A DNA stretch of 64,000 bases from Amoebophrya sp. A120 (lineage: Eukaryota > Protista > Dinoflagellata): NCBI GenBank assembly GCA_905178155.1, contig CAJINV010000019.1, positions 87,265 to 151,264 on the forward strand, in the 5' to 3' direction. How positions within the stretch are numbered: position 1 is the first letter of the stretch; each line of letters begins with the position of its first letter. The notes beneath the pieces are model-generated. The model was not told the origin of the DNA. It did not search any database and saw nothing but the letters and a program-made list of their open reading frames with translations. This document shows positions 25,801 through 36,958 of the stretch, piece after piece. Position numbers and translations under genes: made by a program.

Positions 25801-28800
25801 ATGAGAAAGACTGATTTTTTAACGGAACTTAAAAAGTTCAGCTTTCGGACAACTTTCCCAGGGTCGGTCGCGTAGGACTGGATTGCAAATCTCGCCTCGC
25901 TGAAGTGTTGCGAAGTCCTGGCTCGGATGGAGGTCGAGGTTGTTGAAGTAGTAGATCTTACTTTCCGCAAAGACGTGGAGGTCGTCATGCGGGTGACCAC
26001 CACGTTCGATGTTGAAGAGTCGTCGCTTTTTTCGCTAGAAGATCCTCGACCAAGAACACTCGACGAATCATTATCGTCTAACAGTAGGTGGAGGTCCTCG
26101 TTCTGCTTGGTTTTCTTTTTGCCAGGAAAATCTGCCAGACTTTTGTGCTCTCCTTCGAACGCTACAGTTTTTCGCGGTGGCTGGTGTTCACCGATTTTGC
26201 TTGTTTCGACATCCGGTGCTGCATCAGTTTCTGCAGACGTCAAGTCCAGCACTGTCGTGTCACGAGCTTTGCTTGTGGACGCAGGCACAGCAACCTGTCG
26301 TGCTTGTTCCTCTTCCACTTCATTTTCGTCTTCTGGTAAGGGAGCCTCATGCTCATGTTGACCAGATGAACTTTGCACCGAGTGGTCCGTTTTATCTTTC
26401 GCGACCTTCTTCTCGGACAAGTTGCGCGAAAACGTAATCCCAGTAATGTACTTCTGCAGCCTGCTGCTCATTGTGGATTTTTGTGCAGCTATTCCACTAG
26501 CACCTCCCACACCCACACTGCTGGTCTTCTTCACCATTGCACCAATTCCGGCCATCGTCGAGCCCCTCTGTAGTTGTGCTAGTGGCAGCTGCTTGTTGAT
26601 ATTGCTTCGCTGCATCTCCTCTAGATGCCAGTACTCAAACGCGATAAAACCGACCGGAATGTGGATCAGATCCCGGAAGAACCCGAAGAGAACGACAAAC
26701 AAAGCGCAAAACACCTGTCGCTCGACAAAGTAGGCGGACCGCAATTCGCACTTGTACAGGTGCTATCAAATGCAAAAGTGTCTGGGTCTGGAAACTTGTA
26801 CTTGTGATGCTGGGTGGCGTATCATGAGGAGGCCACAAGTGCTCGCTCAGCATGACAAGTTTCTGAGCTTCTAGGTGTTGCCTATTCTGCATGACAAACT
26901 GCGTTCCTGCATGACAGAAAAATGGCGCTCTTGGGTAACGTGCATGACAGATTTGAAGGCCATGCCAGACAAGCATGACAAACATGCACTCTTCCAGACC
27001 CAGACACTTTTACATTTGATAGGTGTCCGCTTTTGTCGATAGTAGTTTCAAGGTCCGGGAGCAGCAGAACTTCCTTGGAGTTTGTCGACTCGAGCAGCAC
27101 CGCAATGAAGCTGACGACGAAGAAAAAGCCGCAAAGACTATTGTGCAGAATATGGGGCTCTCAAACGTTACATTCTCAACTGTTACATGAATTTGTCATG
27201 CAGAAGCACCATCATCATCCACTCGATCAAGCTGCTTGACATGACAAATTTGCCGAGGGCTAAACAGCGCCTAAATCTGTGCGGAATTTGTAATGTTACA
27301 GGCGCAATCTCCTCCCTTTCACTTTTCCCATTCTTGCATCACAAATCCATGTAACAGTTGAGAATGTAACAGTTGAGAACGCCATACAGAAACACGGTAG
27401 TCACCAGGCTGTTCTCCGTGAACAGCTGCGCAGCGATCGTAACCATATCCGCGGCTTCCGTGACGGTGGGGAGAGACAATACGATCAGCAGTGCGGCGAC
27501 AAGAGTGAAGAGAGTTGCGGCGAACTTGAACAGCGCGGTGTGCTCGACCTTCAGATTGGAGCTGTGCGTGGAAGCGACCACGTCAACAGCAGTTCGTGTT
27601 CCATCTTGATCTTCCCCGCTTGTTGAAGCTGGGTTTATGCTGGATGTACCACGTTCCGTGAAGTACATTCTTGTTGCGCTAGTAGTCGTACTCAAATCCA
27701 CATGTGTCAAGACCAAGTTGTCCAAAACCAGAAACAACAGACATAAACAAGCAACCGCCGTGCTGTACACCACCAGAGGGCCGCTGTTGAAGCTGTTTTT
27801 CGCCGCCTGTTTGGTTGCCTCGAAAGTGGATTTCGTCGACTTCACCAGTTTTTCCGTGGGAAGTTTTTGCGTCACTACAGAGGCCAGAGACTTCGCGCGC
27901 AACATCACCATGGTGGACGTTCTCGATCGGCGGCCGATTTTTTGCTTAATTCGGTGGGACAAAGACCGCGCGGATGTTGAACTCGCGGTGCTTTGCTTCG
28001 AGTTGGACTTGGACAGGACGATTTGAAGGTCGTCGGGTTCCGCGTGTTGAACAGTAGTTGCAAAATTATCGACACTGTGGTCATAAGTTGACACTTCGGT
28101 TGCGCGGTTATCAACTTGTAGATTCCCACCACTGCCACTGCTGCTGCTACTTTTCTCATCATCGCTGGTTTTCGACAAGCCAGGTTCCGACGGAGATCGT
28201 ATTCCGGAGAGATGACGAGAAGTCGGTGTAATACCTGGCATGGCCTCAGCGTCTGGTCCTTGATGGGACAGCACGCCCGAGCTACTGCCACGGTCAACAT
28301 CCGGCAGGTCTTCAGTGGCAGGAACTTGCAAGGCGCCCGACCCACCTGCTGCGCCATCATTTGATAGGGAGTCTTCTGCGGCTTCGTGACTACCTTCGCG
28401 ATAAAGATGCTGCTGTGCTGCTTCTGTCGCTGAGTGAAGACCCGGTTTGTAGTCATCATCTTCAGACGAGTTGTACGGCGAAAGACTACCGTTATTTTCA
28501 TCGTCAAGACTGTCGTCCTCCTCCTCCAGCACCTTCCGCTTCGCTCCACCTCCGAGACGACCCAGTGGTCCTCGCGGTCTATTTTGCAGCTGCAAAGAAC
28601 GTCGCGCCAAACACGCAGCACAAGAGCGGTAAACACTGACGCAACACAGGTCCCAGATGGGCTTGAACACCCACTTCGTGAGGAACCGGCAGACCGAGTC
28701 GGTGAACACTGGGCTGAGCCAGAGCAGAAAAAGCGCGGAGATGATATAACCTGCTCAGCTGTTACAATTTCAAACGTTACAATAGAATCTGGAATTTGTG

Positions 28801-30078
28801 TTGCAAGAAGTGCATTATCTAGCCGTAGCCAACTCTCATAGGATTGCGCATGACAAGTTTCGGAGCTCCAAACCGCAATATAATCTGGCGAAATTTGTAT
28901 TGCAGAAAGTGGAACGCTCTGCGAGTCTGTCATGCTCATCATGCAACACAAATCCCAGATGCAGATCTTATTGTAACGTTTGAGATTGTAACGTTTGAGC
29001 AGGTCATAGATGAAGAGGAGAAACTGGTCGCGAAGCCCGTCATCGAGGATATCGTTGATGTCGTCCCAGGAGTATCAAATGCAAAAGTGTCTGGGTCTGG
29101 AAGTGTCATGCTGCTTTTGCATGACACAGAAGGTCTGGCATGGAAGCCCTAGCATCACAGGTTTCGAGAAGCTTCCGCAATACCGAATCCGCATGACAAA
29201 TCCCCCATTTTGGTGACAGAAAGGGAGCAGCTTTTGCTGCCTGTGCATGAGAGATTTTTATGGGTTGTAAAATACGCATCACAAGTTTGCACTCTTCCAG
29301 ACCCAGACATATTTGCAATCCATAAGGAGTCATTTCGGATGGTCTGCACGTTGGAAATGACCTTGAAGAAGATGTTGAAAAAGCTTGAAAAATATGCGAA
29401 AAAGAACGTCCGTTGACGAAAAACCAAGCTTGCAGTCTGAGGAACAGCACGTCATAGTAGTAAAAAGGCAAATGAAAAAACTTCGTCGTGGTCTACGTCT
29501 ACCCTGAAATAAATAATGTACAGTACCGAAGACGTCGACCCTGTCAGCCCCGAGGAACTTCCTCCTGCAAGAGCCTCCGCAGCTCCTGCGGACACCAGCC
29601 CTAATTGCACGGCCGCCGCGTTTCTGGTGTCTTTCTGCGTCTGGCACCGCGTCCAATCGCGTGAGAGAGTCGGTTCCAGGCACACGGTCCTGGAAAGTTT
29701 GGACGTATCCACTCCGCTCGATCGCACCGTGAGCCACGCCAGCGTGGATTCCTCGAGAAACCACAAATCCCGCCAGCCATCTGGGCAATTTTCGCTGTTG
29801 CGGGACAAGTAATCCAGCGCCTCGCCGCGGGAATCAATCGTTTTCCCGTCGGCCGAACTCGCAGTCCCGCTCTGCAGGAGGTCGTTGACGAGGGCGTCTT
29901 TGACCGCATCGAGACGTCGCTGCGATTGCGCTTGACCCGTGGTGAGGTACGTGTTTTGGGTGGACTTTTTGTTGGCGGAAAAGAAGAACACGACCGCTAG
30001 CCCGGCGTAAACGAGAATCGCGACGAGGATAAAGCCTGCAAAAATCCGCTCCGTTTCCTTGCGCTGGATAATGACCAT
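16888..30078 (-). CDS. Large multi-pass membrane protein (~2832 aa) with a WW domain; 24 exons
   Basis: Hand-spliced: 22 TIR introns (element + one 5-bp repeat) plus one GT-AG intron 29437-29502 leave 8499 nt (multiple of 3), every junction in frame, ending ..KKRTHNF TAG at 16888. Many hydrophobic segments; WW-like WELHRSKTTGKLYYYNPISGESCW near 20630-20705. Confidence 0.85.
16998..17153. mobile_element. Introner family C
   Basis: Family C TIRs; flanks tgtgt/cgtgt. Confidence 0.88.
17218..17485. mobile_element. Introner family A
   Basis: Family A TIRs; flanks tcttc/tcttc. Confidence 0.92.
17540..17791. mobile_element. Introner family A
   Basis: Family A TIRs; flanks cgtct/cgtct. Confidence 0.92.
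17898..18046. mobile_element. Introner family C
   Basis: Family C TIRs; flanks gtcgc/gccgc. Confidence 0.88.
18091..18239. mobile_element. Introner family C
   Basis: tatcctgtgcaaaagtatcgtactcgta ... tacgagtacgatgcttttgcattccata; flanks acgaa/atgaa. Confidence 0.9.
18281..18524. mobile_element. Introner family A
   Basis: Family A TIRs; flanks cgccg/cgccg. Confidence 0.92.
18600..18853. mobile_element. Introner family A
   Basis: Family A TIRs; interior closely similar to 1124-1390; flanks tagcg/tagcg. Confidence 0.92.
18907..19058. mobile_element. Introner family C
   Basis: Family C TIRs; flanks ggaac/ggaac. Confidence 0.92.
19491..19645. mobile_element. Introner family C
   Basis: Family C TIRs; flanks cgctg/cgctg. 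Confidence 0.92.
19956..20108. mobile_element. Introner family C
   Basis: Family C TIRs; flanks ctctt/ctctt. Confidence 0.92.
20164..20314. mobile_element. Introner family C
   Basis: Family C TIRs; flanks acgaa/acgaa. Confidence 0.92.
21857..22006. mobile_element. Introner family C
   Basis: Family C TIRs; flanks aaggc/aaggc. Confidence 0.92.
22928..23072. mobile_element. Introner family C
   Basis: tatgaattgcaaaagtatcgtactcgta ... tacgagtacgatacttttgcacaggata; flanks tcctg/tcctg. Confidence 0.92.
23123..23359. mobile_element. Introner family B
   Basis: Family B TIRs; flanks ctgtc/ctgtc. Confidence 0.9.
23420..23697. mobile_element. Introner family D
   Basis: Family D TIRs, opposite orientation to 183-461; flanks cattc/cgttc. 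Confidence 0.88.
23747..23896. mobile_element. Introner family C
   Basis: Family C TIRs; flanks gcctc/gcctc. Confidence 0.92.
24661..24971. mobile_element. Introner family D
   Basis: Family D TIRs; flanks gccac/gctac. Confidence 0.85.
25051..25202. mobile_element. Introner family C
   Basis: Family C TIRs; flanks cagcc/cagcc. Confidence 0.92.
26764..27021. mobile_element. Introner family A
   Basis: Family A TIRs; flanks ggtgc/ggtgt. Confidence 0.9.
27151..27386. mobile_element. Introner family B
   Basis: Family B TIRs; flanks cagaa/cagaa. Confidence 0.92.
28745..29008. mobile_element. Introner family B variant
   Basis: tataacctgctcagctgttacaat ... attgtaacgtttgagcaggtcata; flanks gatga/gatga. 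Confidence 0.88.
29073..29324. mobile_element. Introner family A
   Basis: Family A TIRs; flanks aggag/aggag. Confidence 0.92.
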
Positions 30079-30699
30079 CTGGCGGCGGCTTTGTTTGTGG
30101 GAGTAGCCATTGGGAGCTCTATTGTCCTACCTCTAGGCTCTTCTTGATTAGTGCAAACTATAATAATGGCAGCAGAAAAGTTTAAATTTAAGTAATTTTA
30201 AAGGCTATGCAACTCATATGGCTCTGGTCCTCCGAGGGACGTCCTATCCCCCTGCTTCCGCAAAAGTGTACTCATCCCTACAACCTTCCCAGTGACAGAC
30301 GGTCTCTCCTTGCTCACCGAAGCAATGGAAAACCGCTCACATTGCAAGCAACGGCACGAAGCCGCAACGTAGCGAAATCTACTCTTCGGGAAGGTCCAAA
30401 TGGTACTTGCGCTTGCGGTTGCGCACATCACATTCTTTCATAATAGAAACCGCCATTCGTCAATCGGGCAGAACATCATACGCAGCCGCTTGAGCACGAA
30501 GGTGCTGCGAAAAGAGCTTTCCTGGAAGCGGCAGAGCCATCCTGGCTGGTCGCTAGCGCGCGCCATTGGCAATGGCGAAGCGCCAACCTTCTACAGACAT
30601 AGACACAGGATAACACGCGGAGCAAGCAGAGGTCGCCGGAGTAGCTTGGCGGGCACTGGTGCCAAACCCGCGAAGCGAAGGAAAAATGTGTACACTCAC

Positions 30700-31950
30700 A
30701 CAACACGCGACAGCGGCGCAAGTGCGGCGCAGGGTGGAGTGGGTGCGCCAGGGAAGTGGCCGCCACCCGTGCTAGCTTGGGCGGCCGGGGCCAGCCCAGG
30801 TGCAGGAGCGGCGGCGGGCCGCGGCCGGGAAGCGGTGCGCCGCTGGCCCGCCGTCCCGCGCACTAAATAGGCAAAATAGCTGCGACAAAGACCAGGCTGC
30901 GCTTTGCCGCGGAGGAGCTGGGCCGGGCGCGCCCGCCAAGGCTACCAGCCGCCGCGGAATAAACAAGCAAAATCCGGGCGCCCGGCCGCGCGCACGAACT
31001 GCACGCAACGAAGCAAGGAACGGCAAGGGCTCGGCGCGCCGGGCGATGCGTGGGGTCCCTCCTCAGCGGGGCCGCCCGCCCCCGCCTCAATACGCCACGC
31101 ACCTTGCTGCGGCCCGGGCGGCGCCCGCCCCCGCGCCTCGTAGGCGCGTGCCTGCATACATTTGGCCGGCCCGGCCTTTGACGGGACCGGCGCCGTGCTC
31201 ATGCCCCGCCCGGGGCCTGCCTGCGCCGCCGTAACTTCATCGCCGGCAGGCTCGAGCCGTGTCGCGGTGATCTTCAAGCTGCCGCGCTTCGCCCGCGCTT
31301 GGCTGCGTTGGATGCCTCTGCACAAGGCGGCGCGGCCGCCGGGCGCTGCGTACCCCCACCGACCCCCGCGGCCGGGCGGCCAACCAGACAGCGAGCGGGC
31401 GCCCGGTGCGGCGGGCACGCACATCAGCGCGCCGGCCGGCTTGATGGCCCGGCCCCTTTTCGGGGCCAGTAGCGCGGCCCGGGGCGGGCTTATGAGTTCG
31501 CGACACCCAGCCGGAGGGGACGCCGCCCGCGCCCCTCGCGGAGGCAATGCCCGGCCCCCCGAAAACACGCGCCGCCCCGCCAAGCCAGGCCCTTCGAACA
31601 GGCTGCGGATTTTGCTGGGGCGCGTCTGCCCCGCCCATCCTCCGGCAACAAGCGGCAAGAGCCCCCAAGTTAGCGCGGGCCGTATCTACCGATCAAGGGC
31701 GGCGGCCAAGGTGGCGGCCTCGCCGGCCCGGGTGATCCGGCAAACGAACACCGCCGCCGCCCGTCCTCCGCGCATGTCTGCGCGCCATGACACCGCCCAA
31801 CGGAGCCACGCGCGCCGTCGCTTTGCGCCGGCCCCGAGGCCAGTGCGGGCGGTGGGTGCGGTTTTACGCGCACCAGCCGCGCCGGCCCGCCGCTGTCGAT
31901 CTCCGAAAGCCGGCGGCTGCGCCATGTGCCTGTGCGCTGTCTCCTGTTCC
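30700..31950. other. GC-rich intergenic island 2
   Basis: Very high GC block between genes; no credible coding frame. Confidence 0.6.
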
Positions 31951-32128
31951 GATGGTATGCACAAAGGACAACAAAAATCGCCATCAAGACGCCTTTCAGC
32001 TGCATGCGACCTCACTGTCGTCGTTATCTTAGGTGAGAAGCCTTTCGCCTCCAAGTTTAAGAACACAAGTGCATGATCACACACACGCCATGGGACATCA
32101 TCTACTTCGTCGTCCCACAACATAACAA

Positions 32129-35100
32129 TCAACAATTTTCCATCGCTATTGCCTGAAAACTTTCTGGATTCTTTGCAACTAGCTGTCGCGTTGTTTTTCT
32201 CAATTTTGTCCTCCAACAGTGAAAGAACCGCGACAGTAAAGAAGCTGCTTGAGAAGTAGAAGCAGGGTCTTCAACATTTCCACGTCGCGTTTTTAGGGCT
32301 ACTAACGCCAGTTCAGTGCTTTCTGCTGTCTGTGTGGTTTCCACTTCTTCGATAGGCTGTTGAGAGGCAACAGCTTCAGCTTCATCTGCTCCACCCGACC
32401 CGAATACCCTCGGACTTTCCTCATCCTCGCGACCAAGGCAGAATGATCCGGCTTCTACTCCCTCGCCCGCCGCGCCCGGGCACTCCACCGTCCTCTTCCT
32501 CACGAGTTCGTGGACGGCCAGCAGGGAGAAATTGGCTTTCCAGAGAGTCTTACTCTGCCGGACCTGCGTCCGCCCGGAGGCCAGACTTCGGTGCGGATGG
32601 AAAGCAACCGGGTACTTGGACACCAGAGACTTCGCGACGGGTTTCGGGGTGACGATGGCATTCTGCTTTGGTTCTGGGCGCGTAATACTGGTGCTTCCTG
32701 ATGATCCATCACGCTGCAGTTGTCTACTTGCATCTTCAGCCAGTTCCTGTACACCGCTCTCGTCGCTAATGTCCTGTCGGTTCATCTGCGGAGTCATGTC
32801 TTGCTTTGGTTGATGAAAATTCTGCGCCTGATCGATCGCACACCGCTCCCACAAGTGGTTGCTGCCCTCGAAAAAGAGCCAAAACGGCGCAGACGCGTTG
32901 TTCTTCAGTGTGTAGTGCTGCGGCTTGTTGTATACCAAAGAGCCAAATCGGTCACGAAAGATTTCGTCGGTGTTTTGCAAAATCTCGCCCAAGGACGTCC
33001 TATGTGATTTAGCTGCGCCAGTTGTACTTGTTGCTTCCACTTGCAGTTGCATACCTGGAGGTTCTTCACCGTCTTCTTCTCCGCCTCGACGTGCGATGGT
33101 AGTTGTACCAGCATTCCCGATCTTCCCGTGTGTTGAAGCGGTGACAATATCCTTCATCCGAATCTCCCCCACATTTCTCGACAGCCGGACCGTATGAATT
33201 GCAAAAGTATCGTACTCGTATAAATGCATTATTTCCTCAGCATGAGAGATAAAATTTGTAATGCTGATTTACCTTGTAATGCATGATTGCTATACGAGTA
33301 CGATACTTTTGCACAGGATAGACCAAGCTATCCAGGGCGTCGGCCCAGAATAATCTTCCAACCGAGTCCCTCGCGTCCGCTGGCGCGATGCCGCGCAGCC
33401 CCGCGTTCCGAAAGCACGTGTTGGCAATGAGTAAAACTTCCGTGTGCTGTTCCTTCGCGAAGGGGTCGCAGTCCAGCCCCGCGGGCGGCCAAGTGGAATC
33501 CAGGATGGCGGATTTCTTCCCGCTGTCACGCACCTCTGGGTTTTGCTGCCGGTTTTGTCTCAAGTCCTGCAGAAACAGAACCAGTTGCCGCAAACCTATT
33601 TGGTTCAAACACGTGCCCTGGCTCGGTTCGGTCAGGAATCCGTCCTGAAACACGGAGTGCGCCCAGGTCTGGCCGACGTAGAGGGGGCTTTGCTTCGTTT
33701 GCTCCGTCGCGAGGTTTTTCAGAAGCAGAAATCGTTTGAAATTTTCCGGGAAAAAGGCAACGTCGGACTCGATGAAGCAGTACCAATAGTGGAGAGCGTC
33801 TTCCTGTTTGTGTTCGTCTGCGCCAGGACTTTCATCTGATTGTGGTCCGGCGTTCGTTGCAGCTTGGTTGTTTTGTTGAAAATTCTTGCGTTCTTGAAAG
33901 AAAAATCGTTCGGCGTCTAATATGCTCGTGTGAAATTTCTCGACTGTATTCGGCATTTTGTCCGCCTGTCTCCACACATCTTCCGCCATGGAAAAGCCGC
34001 CTTCTGCCTCGGATTTCGCGAGGTTCCGTACCGGGACGTTGTTGTATGTGGAGAAAGAAGCAGTCCCATCATCCGTAGGAGATCCCGAAGTCCCTGATCC
34101 TACGACCGTTTTGTTCGCGATCACAAACGCCGCTTCATCGCAGTACGGTGCGGTGACGACACTATGAGCCCGCATCTCCGCCTCCTCGTGAGGCCAGACC
34201 GCTAGTAAGACGCAGGCGACGCGGATTTTCGCGAGGGTGTTTTGAATCTTCTCGTTCAACACACGGGAAGCTTGAGCTTCATGTTGTGTGGTGATTGCTG
34301 TGCTGCCGGGTATCTTTCTCCTTGAGTTTGTCTGTAGAAGTTCTTGTTCTGCAGCTGAAACGTCGACGCTCGCGCCAGGTTTTCCTTCGATCTTCCCTGC
34401 TGTACTCGAATGCTGGTGGTGTGCACGGTCTTGGAGGACTTGCAAACGCAGTTGCTTGTCCTCGGACAGGACACAGGAGGATGTTGCCCTGTCATGCCGC
34501 TCCGCGTGACCATAACTGTTTCTTCTGTCCACCGCAAACTGCCACTTCGGGCTGTGAAATCTCGACACAACGTCATTCTGCCCCCTTCCGTCCTCGCAGA
34601 ACGTACTTAGCACGCGGAAAATCTTCTCCGTGAACTGGTCATTTCCAGGCTGATCCTTGTACACTACAATTCCCGTCCGGTCCGCTATCATGCAGTTCCA
34701 GGCCCAACACTCCATCGATTTGTCCGAAAACAAAGCCGTATTCGCGCCGGATTTCAGCAAAAAACGCTGGCAGTCCTCCGCGGTCTCCGCAAACCGGATA
34801 CCCCCCTTGAAGTCCCCCGGCGGGCAGTCGAGGGAATAGATCAACTCCCCCTCTGGGAGGTATCAAACGTAAAAGTGTCTGGGTCTGGAAGAATGCAGCT
34901 TGAACTTGTCATGCTAAATCTGAAGCATGCAAAAATCTATGCTGCATGATTTTGATTACCAAAAGTCGTCCAGTTTATTTGACCAAGTCGGGAGGGAGTT
35001 TCTCATGCAGGATAGGCATGAGAGAGATCGAGCAGCATCTGTCATGCTAGGTCCTGCATTCCAGACCTCATGGGTCAGCGAAAAGCTGCATGAAAAGTCG

Positions 35101-36293
35101 CGCATTCTTCCAGACGCAGACCCAGACATTTTTGCATTTGATAGGAGGCAGTCTTTGACAAAGGGAGTTCGGAGCAACCGAGGTTTATTCTTTTCGTCAT
35201 TGGTCACAGCTTGGTCCATTTCGATAATGTAAACGGGGCGGAAGGTGGCTTGCAGGAAGATGTTACGGACGTTGGTCTCGTAAGTCTCTATCACGTCGTG
35301 GTAGAACAGATCGGGCCAGAGCTCGAGGCTGACGTTTTCTACTTCATTGTGATGTGGATCGAGCTGAAGACGATTCTGCACACCAGATCCACCGGCTTCA
35401 ACAACAACGTTGTCCTCGTTCATAATTCGGGAGGTCCCCGTCGATGAAGGTGATTTCTGCATCAATTCCAGCCACACTTTTCTCTTCACCCGCCACCGCC
35501 TGGCTTCCTCCAGCATCAACTCGTTAAACCCCTGGTGGCACCACATCAGAGGCCCGATGTCGAGAAATTTTCCCTCTTGGAGGTTTTTCGTCACCGAGCG
35601 GGGAAGATCATAGTAGTACTCCGCCTGTTCGAGACAATAGTGCTGGCACAGGAAAGAAAGCATGATTTTCCCTGGGGCACACTGGGAGGTGTCGTATTCG
35701 TGGCCAGTGGTCGTGGAAGAAGTGCTGGATCTTCGGTCATTTATGTCAGGGAGGTTCGCCTGCTCCTGAAACGCTGCATAAAAGTCCGGATACATCCGTT
35801 CCCACGCCCAGGTTTTCAACTCGTTCCCGGGGGCGCGGTCCGTCCACTGCATGTACAGCTGCGTGCACAGCGCGTAGCCAAACGCGTCGAGAAAGGCGAA
35901 GCCGTTGCGCCAATTCCGTAGAGAGTGATCGTTTTCCTCCAGTTGGATCTCCGTGAGAGATTTCCCCTCCACCCGCATCTTCCGCCAGACGCGGGCGAGA
36001 TCGGCTTTCAGAGGAGTTTCGTCCCAGCAGCTGTAGTCGGGGTAGCGGTCAGAGTGGCCGTCAGGTTCGTTCGACGATGTTGCAGGAGCTTCGCCGCGGT
36101 CCCCTGCTGGGGGAGTTGTACTTCTAAGCGTCGTCGCAGATAAATCGGAAGTTGTAGACAGCTGCTCATTGATCGCGTCATCCGCGCTGGGCGGTTCTTG
36201 GCACAACGCAGTTCGCTCGGTGCCCAGGAAGATCAATAGGAGGAACAGGGGACAACTGACAAAGCGCCGGATTAGAGCTAGATAAGGCGACAT
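32129..36293 (-). CDS. Putative secreted/membrane-anchored protein with GT31 (Fringe/core-1 galactosyltransferase)-like domain; 2 TIR introns
   Basis: N-terminal hydrophobic LFLLLIFLG. ORFs 34956..36332, 33237..34844 and 32129..33229 join in frame (KDCL/PEGELIY; DSLV/RLSRN). YWYCFIESDVAFFPENFKRFL..PLYVGQ..GTCLNQIGLRQL..C..EVLLIANTCF resembles GT31 motifs by eye. Confidence 0.7.
33193..33320. mobile_element. Introner family C (internally shortened)
   Basis: Family C TIRs; flanks gaccg/gacca. Confidence 0.9.
34861..35143. mobile_element. Introner family A
   Basis: Family A TIRs; flanks ggagg/ggagg. Confidence 0.92.
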
Positions 36294-36958
36294 CTTACTT
36301 GCCTGACGGAAGGACCGAAGAAATAAATTCAAAATAAAAAAAAAACCTCCGGCGCGGGCTCCGCCCGTATCCCCCCTAGCATTGAAACAGATGATTTATT
36401 TTCGTGAAGACAAACACAAATTGGCTTCTCGATCTCGTCAGGGTTGTAGCCTCGCGTCTTCGACTTCCAGAAGTGGTCAACGTCAAACGAAAACGCGCAA
36501 GCAATAAACTTGATGAAGCATCACCATGGGAAGTTCCGGATTTTTCATCCACTTATGTTCGGATCGCGAAAAACTTCAACTTCTGGCATTCAATCACGTC
36601 ACTGCAGGAACACAACGCGCATCAAAAAGCTCGGAAGAGCGGCACCACCCTCGCTACCTTCGTTTTTAGATCCGCCATCTTATCCCGTCACATGAAGCTA
36701 CGATAAAGGCCATTCTTTCCTCAGCCTGCCAGCAGGAGCTCTACGGACTTGGCAAATACTATTTGCCACCACTTAATGTTAATAGCGAAGAAGATTTGTT
36801 GAACTGGAGTTTCGTTGACTGATAAAGCCCTGAACAGCTTGTGCTTGACAACGCGAAACTTCATAATCTTAATGATCATACAGCGGTTTATCTATAAGAT
36901 CTTACATTTCGCTCATATATTCCACCCTTTTCTTTTCCTCCACCTTCAAGCTAAGTAT

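Noticed and set aside
16888-30078. Reading the region as pseudogenes destroyed by MITE insertions
   Set aside because: After removing elements no exon has a stop or frameshift across 8.5 kb, unlikely for dead genes.
30102-30118. gtagccatt resemblance to the dinoflagellate spliced leader
   Set aside because: Short partial match, and on the strand opposite to the adjacent gene.
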